Assembly: GCF_006345805.1 (NCBI RefSeq)
Contig: NC_043008.1
Coordinates: 4,154,001-4,218,000 of the forward strand
Direction: 5' to 3'
DNA: 64,000 bases
DNA from: Octopus sinensis
Lineage: Eukaryota
Below the pieces are notes generated by a model. The model saw only the letters and a program-made list of their open reading frames with translations. It had not been told where the DNA came from and made no database searches. Positions 14,651-28,510 of the stretch are shown here, in pieces; position 1 is the first letter of the stretch; every line of letters begins with the position of its first letter. Made by a program: the position numbers and the translations under genes.

Positions 14651-14865
14651 CTTTTACTCTTTACTCTTTTACTTGTTTCAGTCATTTGACTGCGGGCATG
14701 CTGGAGCACTGCCTTTAGTCGAGCAAATCGACCCCGGGACTTATTCTTTGTAAGCCCAGTACTTATTCTATCGGTCTCTTTTGCCGAACCACTAAGTGAC
14801 GGGGACGTAAACACACCAGCATCGGTTGTCAAGCAATGCAAGGGGGACAAACACAGACACACATA

Positions 14866-14899
<34 letters not shown>

Positions 14900-15066
14900 T
14901 ACGACAGGCTTCTTTCAGTTTCCATCTACCAAATCCACTCACAAGGCATTGGTCGGCCCGGGGCTATAGCAGAAGACACTTGCCCAAGATGCCACGCAGT
15001 GGGACTGAACCCGGAACCATGTGGTTGGTTAGCAAGCTACCTACCATGCAGCCACTCCTGCGCCTC
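14651..15066 (-). mobile_element. tRNA-derived SINE family B, near full-length
   Basis: Minus strand GGAGTGGCTGCATGGTAGG (A box), GGGTTCAGTCCC (B box), central (TA)/(CA) tract, (AAGAGTA)n tail; many related copies in the window. Confidence 0.85.
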
Positions 15067-15642
15067 ATTGTAAAATTAGAGAAAAATTCAAAACCAAGAC
15101 AGAACAAGTATCTCAAGTCATTTAGAATAATTTAATTAGAGCAATTAATTGAAGTCTTACAACCGTTTCTGAGATAACCCAAATGGTAGGTTGGCATGTC
15201 CATGCACTGAGTATTGTGACATCAGAGACAAGGTATGAATATTTTAGATGGGGAAATATTTACAGATTACAAGAAATAAAATTCCCAGTTTATAAAGAAT
15301 AAAATAGAAGAATAAAGAGTAAAAGTAGTTTGAGGAATAGAGGCAGGAGAATAAAGTTCACAACTCATCTTTTTCCAGAGGATTTGGATGTTGGTTGGTA
15401 TTTCCATGAAGGTACAGGTGTTTAGTTAAAATCCCAAGTAAATCCAGACTGTATTTTGGCAGTGTTCTGAATGATGCGTTTGTATTGTAAATGTGAAAGT
15501 ATGATGGACATGAATTGGTTTTGTGAGTGGATGTGTGAGGGAGAGGGCCTTAGTCATGATCTTGGAACCTATCGGTCAACCAACTGTAGCACTTACCCAG
15601 CTATATTCATTTAGATCACAAGTGAACTAAACCCCTCATATT

Positions 15643-15682
<40 letters not shown>

Positions 15683-16892
15683 GATTCTGTGGGGTGATTA
15701 GTATTATGGAGGGTATCCAGCTGTAAACACCATGCTAAAACAGACAGCAAAATCTGGTGCAGTCTTTTGCTTAGCCAGCTCATGGCAAACTGTCCAGCCT
15801 ATGCCAGTACGGAAAGCAGTCATTCAATGATGATGATGATGATGATGATGAGATATATATATATATATATATAAAAACACACATACTGAATGGCCCAGCC
15901 TGGGGTGAAACCTCTGACTAGACTGTCAACTTTTGATATTAGGAGCATTGATATATATATGTATATATATATGAAGATAGATTTAATATCATTTAAGTGA
16001 TGACATTTAACACATTTAAATGAATTGACACCTTAAAGTGTAAATCTTATAAATTCACAATAGGAACGAGGAAATAAATACATGAATTATATTCAGACTG
16101 TTACAACTGCTTCAGTTTAGAGATGGCAAAATATGACAGCCATTTGAAGAAAAATGAATTTATTGGTTAAATTGCATCAAAGTATGATGAATGATATTAT
16201 TGGTTTACAAAGTGGAGTAGAAATTGTTGATTAACATATTTAGCAGCAACAGGTTTCAAAGCTCAAACTGGACGATTTAGTGACAGACATTTCCAACCTA
16301 ATTTCAAATCTCACACAAGTTCATTTTGAATTCCATTGTTTTAAGCTTAGTATCTGATGCACAACTTTATTTTTTATATTTCTGAGGTTGCTAAAATATA
16401 TAATTGATTACCCATGCCAGCATGGGAGGCAGACATTAAACGAAGATGAGGATTATACTTTAGATATAATGAGATATGGGCACTATATATAACTGAATCT
16501 AGGAAATGGAAAAAAAAATACATGTAATCAAAGGTCACATGAAGAGAGCTTTGTAAAATCTTGGAGCATAACAAGATAAGACACTATATGTACGTGTGTG
16601 TGTGTGTGTGTGTGTGCTTGTGTGTATGTAAGATTGTAATATATACATATATATATATATCATCATCGTTTAACGTCCGTTTTCCATGCTAGCATAGAGA
16701 GATAGATAGATAGATAAGCATATATAAATTCATTGATAAATCATTAGATAGCTAGATGTGTGTGTGTGTGTGTGTGTGATTGAAAAGAGGTTAAGAATCC
16801 ATGCAAAGTACAAGTGGAAACTGCATACAGGTATGTTTAAAGATTCTTTTTATTTTTTTTCTTTAATCAGACAGGATAGGTATTTTTTAGTG

Positions 16893-17250
16893 TTCTTTTA
16901 TTAGTTTCAGTCACTTGACTGTGGCCATGCTGGAGCTCCACCTTCAATCGAACAAATTGACCACAGGACTTATTCTTTGTAAGCCTGTAATTATCCTATC
17001 AAACTCTTTTGCCAAACTGCTAAGTTACAGGAACATAACTTGTCAAGCAATGGTGGAGGACAAAATACACACACACATATATATACGATGGACTTTTTTC
17101 AGTTTCCATTTACCAAATCCATTCAGAAGGCTTTGGTCAGCCCAAGGCTATAATAGAAGACACTTGCCCAAGTTACCATGCAGTGGAACTGAACCCAGAA
17201 CCATGAAGCTGGTAAGCAAACTATTTACCACACAGCCACTCCTGCACATA
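16893..17250 (-). mobile_element. SINE family B
   Basis: Collinear with 14651-15066. Confidence 0.8.
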
Positions 17251-17280
17251 TAGCAATTCCTGCTGGTATTTTGAAAATAC

Positions 17281-17550
17281 GTTGCAGAGAGATAACAGGC
17301 TGTTCCCTGGCAGAGCATAACACTCATTCAGCCACTCTGCCAGGGTACAGCAAAGTCATGGCACCACAGCACAGGGGATTGTGAAGAGGAAGCGGAAGAG
17401 CTCAACTGAGCCAACGGTACTTTTCCCATTGATGAGAGTAACTGCAACACATCCATAGGGATGGCATCCATGGTTGTGTAATCAGCTGATAAAAGATTCA
17501 CTCTGACTCAAGCTCCCAGTTCAAATTCATAATAATGGTAACATGGGAAT
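17281..17550 (-). other. Candidate non-coding exon
   Basis: Strong acceptor CCTTTTTTTGTTTCTGCTTTTGCAG| before a GC-richer unique block; all frames closed; donor weak. Confidence 0.3.
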
Positions 17551-19639
17551 CTGCAAAAGCAGAAACAAAAAAAGGATAGTATTTTTATATTTGTTTCATG
17601 AAGTGACTTTTATAAAATATTAATGGTTTTGATGTGCATGGACATCTCATCAAGTATTCAAAATTTGAATTCAAATATTATGAAATAAAAATTAAAAATT
17701 GGGAAGTAGAAATTAAGACAATTTGTTCTCATATTCTGTGTGTATTTAAGAATGTGTTTGATATTTTCTCTTAAAGTCTCTTCTTATGATTTGGGGCATT
17801 CCTGAAATAATATATATCTATATATATATTCATTATTTAACTGCTACTTCCCATACTGGATATCAGTTAGTTGTCCGTCAGTTGGCGAAAAAAATCAACT
17901 CAAAGTGATTAATGGAATGCTTATATTTTTATGCTTTGTTGCAGCATATTTCTGAATATGGCATATAATCGGTCAGATCTGCACTCACTATTGCATCCAG
18001 GCAATATTGACTTTTCAGACACACTGACCACATGCCAGTGTGTCCAAAAGGTTGTCAATATTACCCAGTTTAAATATTCAACATGAAACTAATGGTAACA
18101 TTCTGATCAGTTAAATGCCATAACCAGTAATGTACCCCTAAATGTTGTTAGAACATTATGTTCCACTAAACATAATGATTGAGCATAAAGATTGAGCAAG
18201 AGGGGTAAATGAAAGCAGATGTTGATGGACTGAAGCAGATTTTCAAATATTATTCTCTGATCAATATTCAACATTTGAAATTTTGGATTTGAACTTAAAC
18301 AGGTCAAATCAATAGAGTAAATAGTGACAGTGGAAGCATACTTGTTATAGGAAAGCCAAGAAATTCCAATTAATTCAAATTACACTCTTAGTGGTGAGAA
18401 CAAATCATTATTTAAATGACTAATTCTGCTCAAGAAAGACAAGGGAGAAAACCAGCAAATTTTAATTAGTTGTAATCAATTAAATATGAAGTACAGTTGG
18501 CAACACGAACTTGATCTTTAGAAATATGATGACCTCTCAGTACCTTTGTTTGTCTTACAAAACCTCATCAGCAAACCATGATCTTACCCTAACTACAAAA
18601 TCTTAGAATGGCTAAAGAAATATAGATTTCTTGTAAACAAATTCTCAGTGGGCATCAATTGATTTCTGCTTTGCCATTCAACAGGATGGTAGCTCATACC
18701 TATAAACCATTAGCCTGCTTAGTTGGTTCTAGTCCTGCTTAGTTTCCTTTGCAAGACACCTTACTATCTCACACTAAATAGATGCTGTGCAAAGATGCAT
18801 TTCCCTGCAGTGGACAGAAGTTGTAATGCATAGCTGCAGTACTGACAAGCATTTTACAACATGCAGCAGAACTAAGCTATTGAAGCCATTGCAGAAGACA
18901 CAGGTGTAGATATATATATATGGGTGTGTGTGTGTGTGTTTCTCAGAAGTTAATTTGGCTAATTAATCATTGATGAATTCCTATGATTAGGAGATTAGGA
19001 AACATTGATGAATTAGATGTGTTTATCATGTTTACTTGAGATAAAGGAAAATATTAATTGATTGATTCATAATATTGGCTGTCTGTTAATTTTGATACCT
19101 GAAGAAGTTTCACACAGCAGTTGTTGACGCTTTCCTGTGTATTTTCATCGAATATAAGACATATGGCAGGTGGATGGTAGAGTTGGGAGACGGTCATACA
19201 AAATACCTTATTTTATTTAGTAGCATCACTTTCATTTCATGTCCAAAGTCTCTCCAGATCCATTTTGTCTTTTATCCTTCTGAGACCAATAAAATAAGTA
19301 ACAACCAATGAAAGTCAGTATTGTGGCTGATGTACAAACTTTATTATTGAAGATGATACCCTAGTATTGCCACAGTTAAACGACTGCCATTAATTTATAT
19401 TTGATTTAGCATTACAACAGAATGCTCGAGATATCTAAAATATGACCAAGGGTTTCAATAAGACTTTTGCAACAATCTACAAACTCTTGGCCAGCGTTAC
19501 TCCAGTTGTGACCACCCCACCTATTTAGAACTGTCTGGAATTGTATTATCCAATATTTCATTTCCTTTTTTAAGATGATGTGATTTGATGACAATTTTGG
19601 TGCTATTTCTAGCAAGTCAAGTGGCCACAAAGAAGCTGT

Positions 19640-21456
19640 GTTATTGATTTATGACCCCTTTGCATATCCAGCGAAAGTATTGGTGATAATAGAATAAAAA
19701 CAGAGGAATGGGAGTCCACAGATGATGTACTCCACTGTAAAGGGAAGAGGGAGGTATGGATGCTTCAGACACTTTATCTTCTATCATAATAGATGAAAGG
19801 AGAAGAGGAGGGGGGAGGGAATTAAATGGAAGGTCTTTGTGTAAATGACAATACCTGACAGGGAGTAAGCAATGGTTGGTAGTATTCAGGAGAGAAGAGC
19901 AAGCAAAAATAGAAAAGTACACACTAGACATACACTGAATGGACTAAGCATGAGAGAAGTTGTTGGTGTGTGTGTGTGTGTCTGTGTGTGTGTGCATGTG
20001 TGCAGAGAGAGAGAAGATAATTAGATGTGCAAGAGATGTTGGGTGACTGCAATAATGACAATTGAAGACTGATGTGACTTGACAGAAAAGATTTAAGGTG
20101 TAATTAATGCTTGAGTGAGGCATAACAATACGTGGGTAGCAGGAACAGTGTATCACATGTCCATAGGTATGGGTAGATGAGTGGCAATGGGGCGAAAGGA
20201 AGTGCATGTGTGCATGTTTTTGGTGCATTGCGTGAAGGTTGAAGAAAGTAAGTTGGTTAATGGTAACAGATGGAGAGGCTGTTTCCAAGCAAAAGATGAA
20301 CAGCAAAGGTGATAAATTGGAATGTTGTAGAGTTGTAGCAGACAATAAAAAAGTAAGATGAAGGTGGGAGCCTGCAGAACTGAAATGGCATTTGAAAGGT
20401 TTGAGAGATTCAGTACTATTTCATTGGAAAGCTAACAAATCTTCTCTGAAACAATTGGTGAGTCTCTAACCAGTTTCCTCTTTATAAACCAAAGAATTAG
20501 CATTTGATATTGTAAAAGACATTTTAAAATTCTTTTTGAGGTACAAGTGAAATAAGCCATGACATAAAAAGGGGTCTTGCAACTGTGTTTGATGGTGATG
20601 TTCTGAAGAAAAGAACAGGTGTTTCAATAACAGTAGGAGCAAGCAGAGGATTCCGGTTGAAGAAAGTGAGTAGAAGAAGGCTGCCAGTGTCTTCTAGATT
20701 GATGCTCCATCAACTTGGGTTTGATGTAACTCTGTTTATGCTTATAGAAAATATCAAACGCAAGAATATCAGAAGAATTATTTAATGTTTGGCATCAGGG
20801 GAAATCATTTTGTCTTTAAAGCGTATCAGAAATGTTTCACTGTTGTGATGATGTTCTTAATCAGATTAATTATCAGCATGTAGGTCATTAGGAGAGATTT
20901 GTTTATTTAATCAACCAATTTACAAATAAATGATAAATTGAAAATAGATTTCTGATTGAGAAAGATAAAATATTCAAGAACAGGTTTTCTTCTTTCTTTT
21001 GTTTTTATATTTCAAGATGTGGTCGTACCATAATTTCTTTGACACTGGCAATAAAATTTGAAGACAGGACTCTATTAACTGATTTTAAATGAGATTTTTC
21101 TAATTCAGACTCTCAGGAATCATGTAGTCCTTTGATCTGCTGAAAACAACTGCCAAATTTCCCATGAATCACAGCCTGTCATATCTGAAGAAAAAGAAGA
21201 GCAAGAAGTTCATAGCTGGAAAGCGTTTGATCATAGGCCTACTAAATCAGGGCCAACCAGGGGAGCTCCATGCAATCCTTGAGTTTTCAAAAGAGAGTGG
21301 TGTTGTGGGTCTTAGTGACATCTTCCTGATATCAGATTACCTAGAAATATGATTAAATCCACATTATTTCAATATCGTGTGTGAAACAAATAATCTTTTA
21401 CAGTGCAATGTTTCTCTTTTCGTAGTTCTGTATATATATACATAAACACACACACA

Positions 21457-21492
<36 letters not shown>

Positions 21493-23230
21493 TGCTTAGA
21501 TTTGTGATAAGCTCAGGGCACTCACTTTGCATGTAAGTGGTATTTTGGGTTTGATACATGAACTTTCCAACACCTGGGATTTTTTAGGGTGATAGATTGA
21601 TAGTATTTGTACAGCAGTGGATCATATACTTTTGATCCACTGTGTTACTTTTCTCTACATTCTGAGCTCAAGTCTTCCTGTAATTGATGGAATAAGTTTG
21701 AACCAAGTATTACAGTCATTGTCATCAACAATACTTGCTATTCACTGACAAAAGGTCTTTTTGCAAAAGTAACTGAATCAGTTGTTTTGGTTGCTTCTGT
21801 ATAAATCTCTGCCTCGTTGCCTCTGATGAGTGTAAGCTTAATTACAGACTCTTACTCTCTCAGTTATCCATTTCTCTGCCAACAATATAACAATACACCT
21901 CCTTCACCTACCTTAGTGCTATTAAGCATCCAAGAAGTTTACTTCTCAACCACTTAGTTTCAGGTTCAGACTCACTGCTTGGCACCTTGAGCAAGGGTCT
22001 TCTGCTATAGTCCCAAGGTCTACCAAAGCCTGGTGAGTGGATTTGGTAGCCTAAAAGAATCCTATCATGTGTGAGTGTGTGTGTGGCCTATATATGCATA
22101 CATGTGTCGTGTGTGTGATGGTATATGTATGTTTTTCTTCTCGTCTTGATCTCATGTGATAGTTGTAAATGAGTGTTTCATTGTTATACAGACAGTGTCA
22201 TACCTTTTGAATACTCTGAAAAAATGTGTCTGGTCATATGTGTTGTTTGGAAACAGGTGAAAGTTAATGGCAGGAAAAGCATTTGGCTATAGAAAATCTG
22301 CCTCAGTAACTTTTGTCCATAAACATGGAAAAGCAAACATCAAAACAATAATGGTTGTGTTCCTTGTTTCTGAGGAGGAGTGTGTATAGCTAAGATCCCT
22401 TCTATTTTATCTCTTTTATACACCATGCATCTATACGTCTCAACTATTTCTTCAGTTATACTTTTTATTGTGCCAACATCATTAGTGTCAACACCTGAGG
22501 TGTTGTTGCACTTGCCAGGATGGCTGGCAGATTCTTTGATGTCTGTTTTCTGCATTGAAAAGAGAGTTGATGCAATCATTTGATGGTGGTAGAGGAGTTC
22601 TCCCACATGACCACATACTTCCACCTGACCTGTCTGCCCCCCCCCCCCCATTTCGTGCATCCACATATAGGGCTAACACGACATGTGTCAGTCGTGGGTA
22701 AGTAATTATGGCATTTTCTTGTCTTCATGACTGTCATGGTTTTGGGCACCACATTATTGGCTGGATATCCTTCTGGGCACCATCCACTTTACTGAATGAA
22801 TTTGGCCCATCATTTGCACAAAAGGGGCCATATTTAGAATTGCTCCTATCTTCGTTGGGTTTCCCTCTCTGCAGCTTCCAGAGTCCAAATCTCTTCGGTG
22901 CTGTTAGTTCAGTATCCTTTCCATAAACTTTTGTATTTGTTTGGGTTCCCATTTTCCTAAATGCGTCACCTTCACTATCACTGCAAAGTTGTCTCTCTTG
23001 ATGCAAGGAGGGAGTGTGGTCCTAGATATTTTAATTAGCTTTCACTCTGTTAAGATGTCTCCATTGAAGAGAGTGGTCAGTGGGGAGGGAGGGTACAAGT
23101 TGTAATGAAGCTGAATCCTTGTTATGAGGCAGAAGAGGCATTAGAATTGGAAATTGTGGGGCTGAGTAAGTTGGGGAGGGGCATGAATAAAACAGCGAAG
23201 AAAGCTGAAATGTTATCAGTTTTAAATATC
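19640..23230 (-). mobile_element. Heavily decayed LINE (CR1/L2/Jockey-like) interrupted by younger repeats
   Basis: LSPLLFIFCLE near 20320 resembles the RT PQGSxLSPLLF motif; coding-like GC-richer blocks at 21000-21400 and 22330-23040; strong strand purine skew. Confidence 0.4.
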
Positions 23231-24778
23231 AAGTAAGATTTACTTAAAATTGTTTTCCTAATTGAATTCAGAGAGAGACTTATTTATATGTTAAAGATAT
23301 TTACATAAATATGTAAATCATACATAATACAATAGATATTAACAAAAGAAATTATGGAAAACAGTCTAATACGGAATTATACCAACTAAAATAATTGAAA
23401 ATCAGACAAGTTAAATGGAATATCAGTGACCCAGTCTTAAAAGTTTGACAATGGACATTCATACTCAACATCATATGCTGCTGGAAATAATTAATTTTAA
23501 CATAAGCACAAAGTCACACACATTTAAGGAAAAGTTGTGGTTGATTATATCAACTACAGTATTGCTGTCCAGTCAACTAGAGAGCTTCTATGCAGTCTAC
23601 CTGTTAGATATAGCAACAAATTACCCTCAAATAACACCCCACCATCTTAAAAAAAAAAAAAAAGCCGATAGAGATATTGGACAATCAATTGCAGCATGGA
23701 AGATGCCTGCTAACCATTAAAAAACTTAAAACAATTAATAAATGATGAAGTGAAGTTAATGGCCTTTGTACATATTTACATCATGTGTCTTTAGTGTTGC
23801 AATTGTTTTAGTTTCAACACACAGCAGCCTCAGATCAAATTACTCGTCTGGCAACTAAAACCTTTTGAAATATTAGACAATGTAGCCTGAGATTGACAAA
23901 ACGATGCACTGATTGTAGTTGGAACATTCACTGATAACTGGTTTACTCAATTGATGTAGATGACAACCAGCACTTATTGACACCCGGAAAGATTAAAGAG
24001 AGAGTTTACCTTGGTAAATCTGAAAATGGGAAATTCTGTAATTCAATACTATAATGCATTTCATCTGCCAGTTTGTTGTTAATTCTGTCATTGTTCCTCT
24101 GAAGGTTAGAAGTAAATGAAATAACGTAACTGTGTATTTAGCTTTTAAAGGATCAGAGTGACTTTAATCATGATGCAACTATCTATAAAATATTGTCCAT
24201 TGGTCTGTTAAGAAAGTGACTTTAAAATCAAGCTACAGGTATAATTTCGTGGAAGAATCTGGAATTTGGGGAAACTTGTGATGGCCAGTATCAGTAAAAA
24301 TTAGTGAGTAGCAGAGTTTATAGGAGAGGTTGTTATGTTGAAATTCTGTAAGGAGGGAAGAGTTTCAGGCTTTTTCTGTTGTCAAAGAGGAGGGTGCAGA
24401 GAGAGAGAGAGAGATGCTATTATCACTTCTGCTGTAGGCAAGTATTTTAACAGCTTCATGGAACTCTCATGTGAACTCTTCTGGTTATAATCTATACTTT
24501 GTAGAATGAAGTTATCTCATCAATATAATTGCTTTTGTCATTCCTCATTTCTTCATAGAACATAACAATGCTATCGTTATGTCATATTGAAATAGTGTTT
24601 TAAGAAATTTTATTTCTATGGAATTCTCGAAAGCTTACATTATTGTTATTTAGTTCCAGTCCAATTGTTATTGAACAAACAAACCTCTGGTCAACAGCAG
24701 TCTAACCAAGGCCAACCTTTCATTTGGGGGATATCTAGGACTACCTATTCAATTTTGTCCTTTGCTTAATATAGTGAA

Positions 24779-24943
24779 ATTTGATTTAAAGGAGATTAGA
24801 TTACTGTTTCTAGCTGGTCAGTGTGACCACATAATTTGATTTAAAGGAGATTAGATTACTGTTTCTAGCTGGTCAGTGTGACCACATAATTTGATTTAAA
24901 GGAGATTAGGTTACTGTTTCTAGCTGGTCAGTGTGACCACATA
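24779..24943 (+). repeat. 55-bp tandem triplication of the family C 3' segment
   Basis: GGAGATTAG at 24791, 24846 and 24901; one mismatch among three units. Confidence 0.95.
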
Positions 24944-25269
24944 TTTCTGTCATCATTGATTTGCGTTTTCCTCTCTGAATTATGAACAATTATATATGTT
25001 GACTTGATGCATTTTCTTTCTTTATTTTAGTGGCTTAGTTAGGTATAACTTGGTCAGAGGAGAAAGAACAGCCCTTTGTGACCCTGTTCAGGGTTTTCAT
25101 TATGGGAGAGCACAAGGAAGTTATCCTCACACTGCTACCCAAGAGCCTGGTTATCTTTTCTCTTTTTCTCATTGGACTGCAGCCTTGCTGAAGCACAACC
25201 TTTTAAGGGTTCAGCCAAATATATTGAGCCCAGTATTTATACTACTGATCTCCTTTATCAATCCACAAG

Positions 25270-25354
25270 TGAAAGGAATATAAACAAACCAACACCAGTT
25301 GTCAAGCATGGTAGGGAACAAGCATAACGACATTCAAGCCTGTACGCATGCACA

Positions 25355-25407
<53 letters not shown>

Positions 25408-25570
25408 TACAGGCTTTTATGCAGTTTTCATCCATTGAATTTATTCACAAGACATTGGTCAACCAGGGATTATAGTAGAAGACACTTGCCCAAGGTGCCA
25501 TGCAGTGGAAGGATCCCCGTAGTCTGTAGTTACAAAGCAAGCTTCTTAACCCCGCAGCCATGATCTGCCT
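25270..25570 (-). mobile_element. SINE family B, partial
   Basis: GAAGACACTTGCCCAAGGTGCCATGCAGTGG matches the family; other partial copies near 1820-1970, 2385-2480, 3560-3700, 5755-5975, 8225-8405, 10205-10380, 21925-22090, 39255-39400, 52130-52400. Confidence 0.7.
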
Positions 25571-25689
25571 GCAAGCCTCAAAAACTGTTACATTTCATAA
25601 ACTATAATATAACAAAAGTTGGATTCTGGTGATTGAGTTTATAACTGTTTGAAAAAATTTCTCTTTAAACAATGAGGAGTTATTATTGT

Positions 25690-26365
25690 TTAGCTCAGGT
25701 CAGCTTGTCCAGTGCTATGCATTCATTGTCCATTCATGGCTTAACTTTCCAGCCAGTGTCCTTCTTAATTCTGTCTTTCACATCCTATCCTTGTCCATTC
25801 TGCATATATAGTCGAATGATATGAGCTGCCAATGTCTTATATCAAGGACCATACTATTGCAATTGGCAGCTCCTCCTCATTTTGTACTTTGCTGGGTCAC
25901 CGGATGCATCAGGCATCCATTGTGGAAAGCATCGATCATATTCCTGTCACCTTCCACCATCATTCACCAGCATCCTTGTATTCTGAGCCATAAATGAAGA
26001 CAGGTTTGGCATTGCCATTACAGAGTCCAATTTTCGTCCTGAGAATTACCTTGATTCCAAAATCCAGCAGTCTTATGAATGCTCATTGAGCTTTAGCAAA
26101 CCTTACTCAGGGGTCCTTCTCTGCCCTGTTAACTTTACTAATAATGCTTTGTAGATATATAATATCCTTCCCATAATCTAGTGGCTCACCAATGACAGTG
26201 ACAGGTGCAGGATTGTTGGAGTTTATGCGCATGGCTTGTTTCTGAGGTGTTGGTGTTAAGCCCTATCTGTTTTTCATAATTGATCAGTTTTGTTTCTCCT
26301 CCTTAAGGTTTCTATGTTGTGTGACAGCTGCCAAGTCATCTACATAAATAAAATTATCTTTTAAA
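25690..26365 (-). mobile_element. RTE-clade LINE reverse-transcriptase fossil
   Basis: Minus strand gives IYVDDLAAV (catalytic YxDD, 26349-26335) then AMRINSNNPAPVTVIGEPLDYGKDIIYL and RTKIGLCNGNAKPVFIYGSE, RTE-like motifs with stops and frameshifts. Confidence 0.75.
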
Positions 26366-26533
26366 AGGTTAAATATAAGTGTCCACTGTATGTTCTGGCT
26401 ATCTGATGTTTGTTTACATATGATCCCATTGATAACTTAGAAGAGGATGAGGAGAGAATACAGCCCTATTGTACACTGGATTTCACTGGAAAATCATTTA
26501 GAGAATGTATTGTGTGGTACATACAAACATGCA

Positions 26534-26568
<35 letters not shown>

Positions 26569-28277
26569 ATAAACATAGTTTGTCAGTTATACGTAGAGCA
26601 TCGAGTTAGATGGTTCATTAATTGAAAATATGCAATACTCATCACATTTCTAAGTTCAAAGTCTTTTATAAAATTGGTTTTGCTGTGTTGCCCCCAAGTA
26701 AGCCCCGATTAAGCAGACATATATAAAAAAAAAAGCCTTCCAGAAGTAACCATCCCATGTTTTTGTTTTTCTTTCAAGCATATTTCATCTAAGACTGCAT
26801 TATCCAAAGTGTCCTCCACTTTTCTGAAACAGTATGATAGGATTTGGTTGCTATTTCTTGTAGGTTGAGCACACATATTGTAGCTCCCTCTTTGGGGAAA
26901 ATTAATACCATAACAGTCCCAGAAACCCTTAATCATCATAGTCTTTATACCTTATGAAATGAGAACTGACAAAATATTTGGTTAGCCATGTATTTAAATA
27001 CAGCTAAAAATGATAGCTTATGTATCTTTAGCTAGAAATTGTTATTACAGTAATTATATTAAAAAGGATGTCTTTAATAGAAGGAGACTCGTGGCTTAAT
27101 TTCTGGCTTGTATTTCCAAACAAGTTTGTAATCAGAAGTTTTCAAAATGTGTTGGTAATATTTCTTTCAATCAAAGCTCTTACAGAAAAGCATAGTTCTA
27201 GAATCTTTGGTTAGTTTTGGAGATTTAATTATGTGAAATTGTTTTGATATAAGAGTTAACGGTTTGTTCCTACATTAATTGGATTTAATTCAAATGGAAT
27301 TATAAAATTGTTTTGTAAGGGGAAAATGTTAAAAGGTAATGTTTTGAATGCTAAAATTTCTACATTGAATCTAGAAATCATTATTAGAAAAGGGGTGTAA
27401 GGAAAGGGTTTGTATGATAGCTATTGGAAACAACCAAGCAGTTGTGAGCTGTAATAAAACAGCAAATAATTAAATCAAATATAAATATAACAATTGAATT
27501 ATTCTGTTATTAAATTTACTTGACTAGTAATAGTAGTATTGCTGGATAAACAAACATGTTGATACTGCATCTGTGTAAGCAATAACCATTTCTGATATAT
27601 AACATTAGTTTTGAATAATATTTGAGAGCCTAGGATCAAAGTGTTTGTGGAAAGTAGTAGTAGTAATAATAATAATAATTGTTAAATAAATAAATGATAA
27701 AGTTAATCAATAAGGAACGTTTTTATCAGTTATCATCTGCCTGTTTTGTTATATCATATATTTCTTAGTAACAGACTTTCAGAAACATCAGCTTCAATTA
27801 AAACAACCAATTAAATTACTGCTCTAGATATCAATACATATTCACAATGAAATGGTTTTGTATTATGTAAAGAGCTGAAATGTTTAATATGGTTAACAAA
27901 TCGACCTATTATAATACTAAGAAATCAGAAAAACTGAACCAAATTTAAATTTCTGTTGTTGTGTTTATTCCTATCCCTCCTTTACCAAATTCACATAAAT
28001 TATTTCCTATTCTTATCATTAATATCATACTCATATCACTCATCCCTTTTTAGAGTATCTTATATCAACCACACTATACTAAATATCATTCATATGATAT
28101 TCATATAGCTCTTGCCCTCCTATTCACATTGCTCTTGATTTACATGGGTAACCCAAGATTTAAGTGATATCCATATCACTTAAACCTGAGGTTACCCCTG
28201 ATTAAACAGAACTAGGGTCAAATGTGTTCCAGCTGAGGTAAATACATTATTGGAAGGCATTTGTTGTAAACTAAAAA

Positions 28278-28510
28278 GGCGGCGAGCTGGCAGAATCATT
28301 AGTACGCCGGGCAAAATGCTTAACAGTATTTCATCTGCCACTATACGTTCTGAGTTCAAATTCCGCCAAGGTCAACTTTGCCTTTCATCCTTTCGGGGTC
28401 GATTAAATAAGTACCAGTTATGCATTGGGGTCGATATAATCGACTTAATCCGTTTGTCTGTCCTTGTTTGTCCTCTCTGTGTTTAGCCCCTTGTGGCTAG
28501 TAAAGAAATA
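28278..28510 (+). mobile_element. SINE family E with 17-bp target-site duplication
   Basis: GGCGGCGAGCTGGCAGAA...GAGTTCAAATTCC...AAAGAAATA; TSD GGCATTTGTTGTAAACT (28256-72) and GGTATTTGTTGTAAACT (28511-27). Confidence 0.9.

Noticed and set aside
24779-24943. 55-bp array as a possible CRISPR
   Set aside because: Identical contiguous units with no spacers; matches the 3' part of dispersed family C
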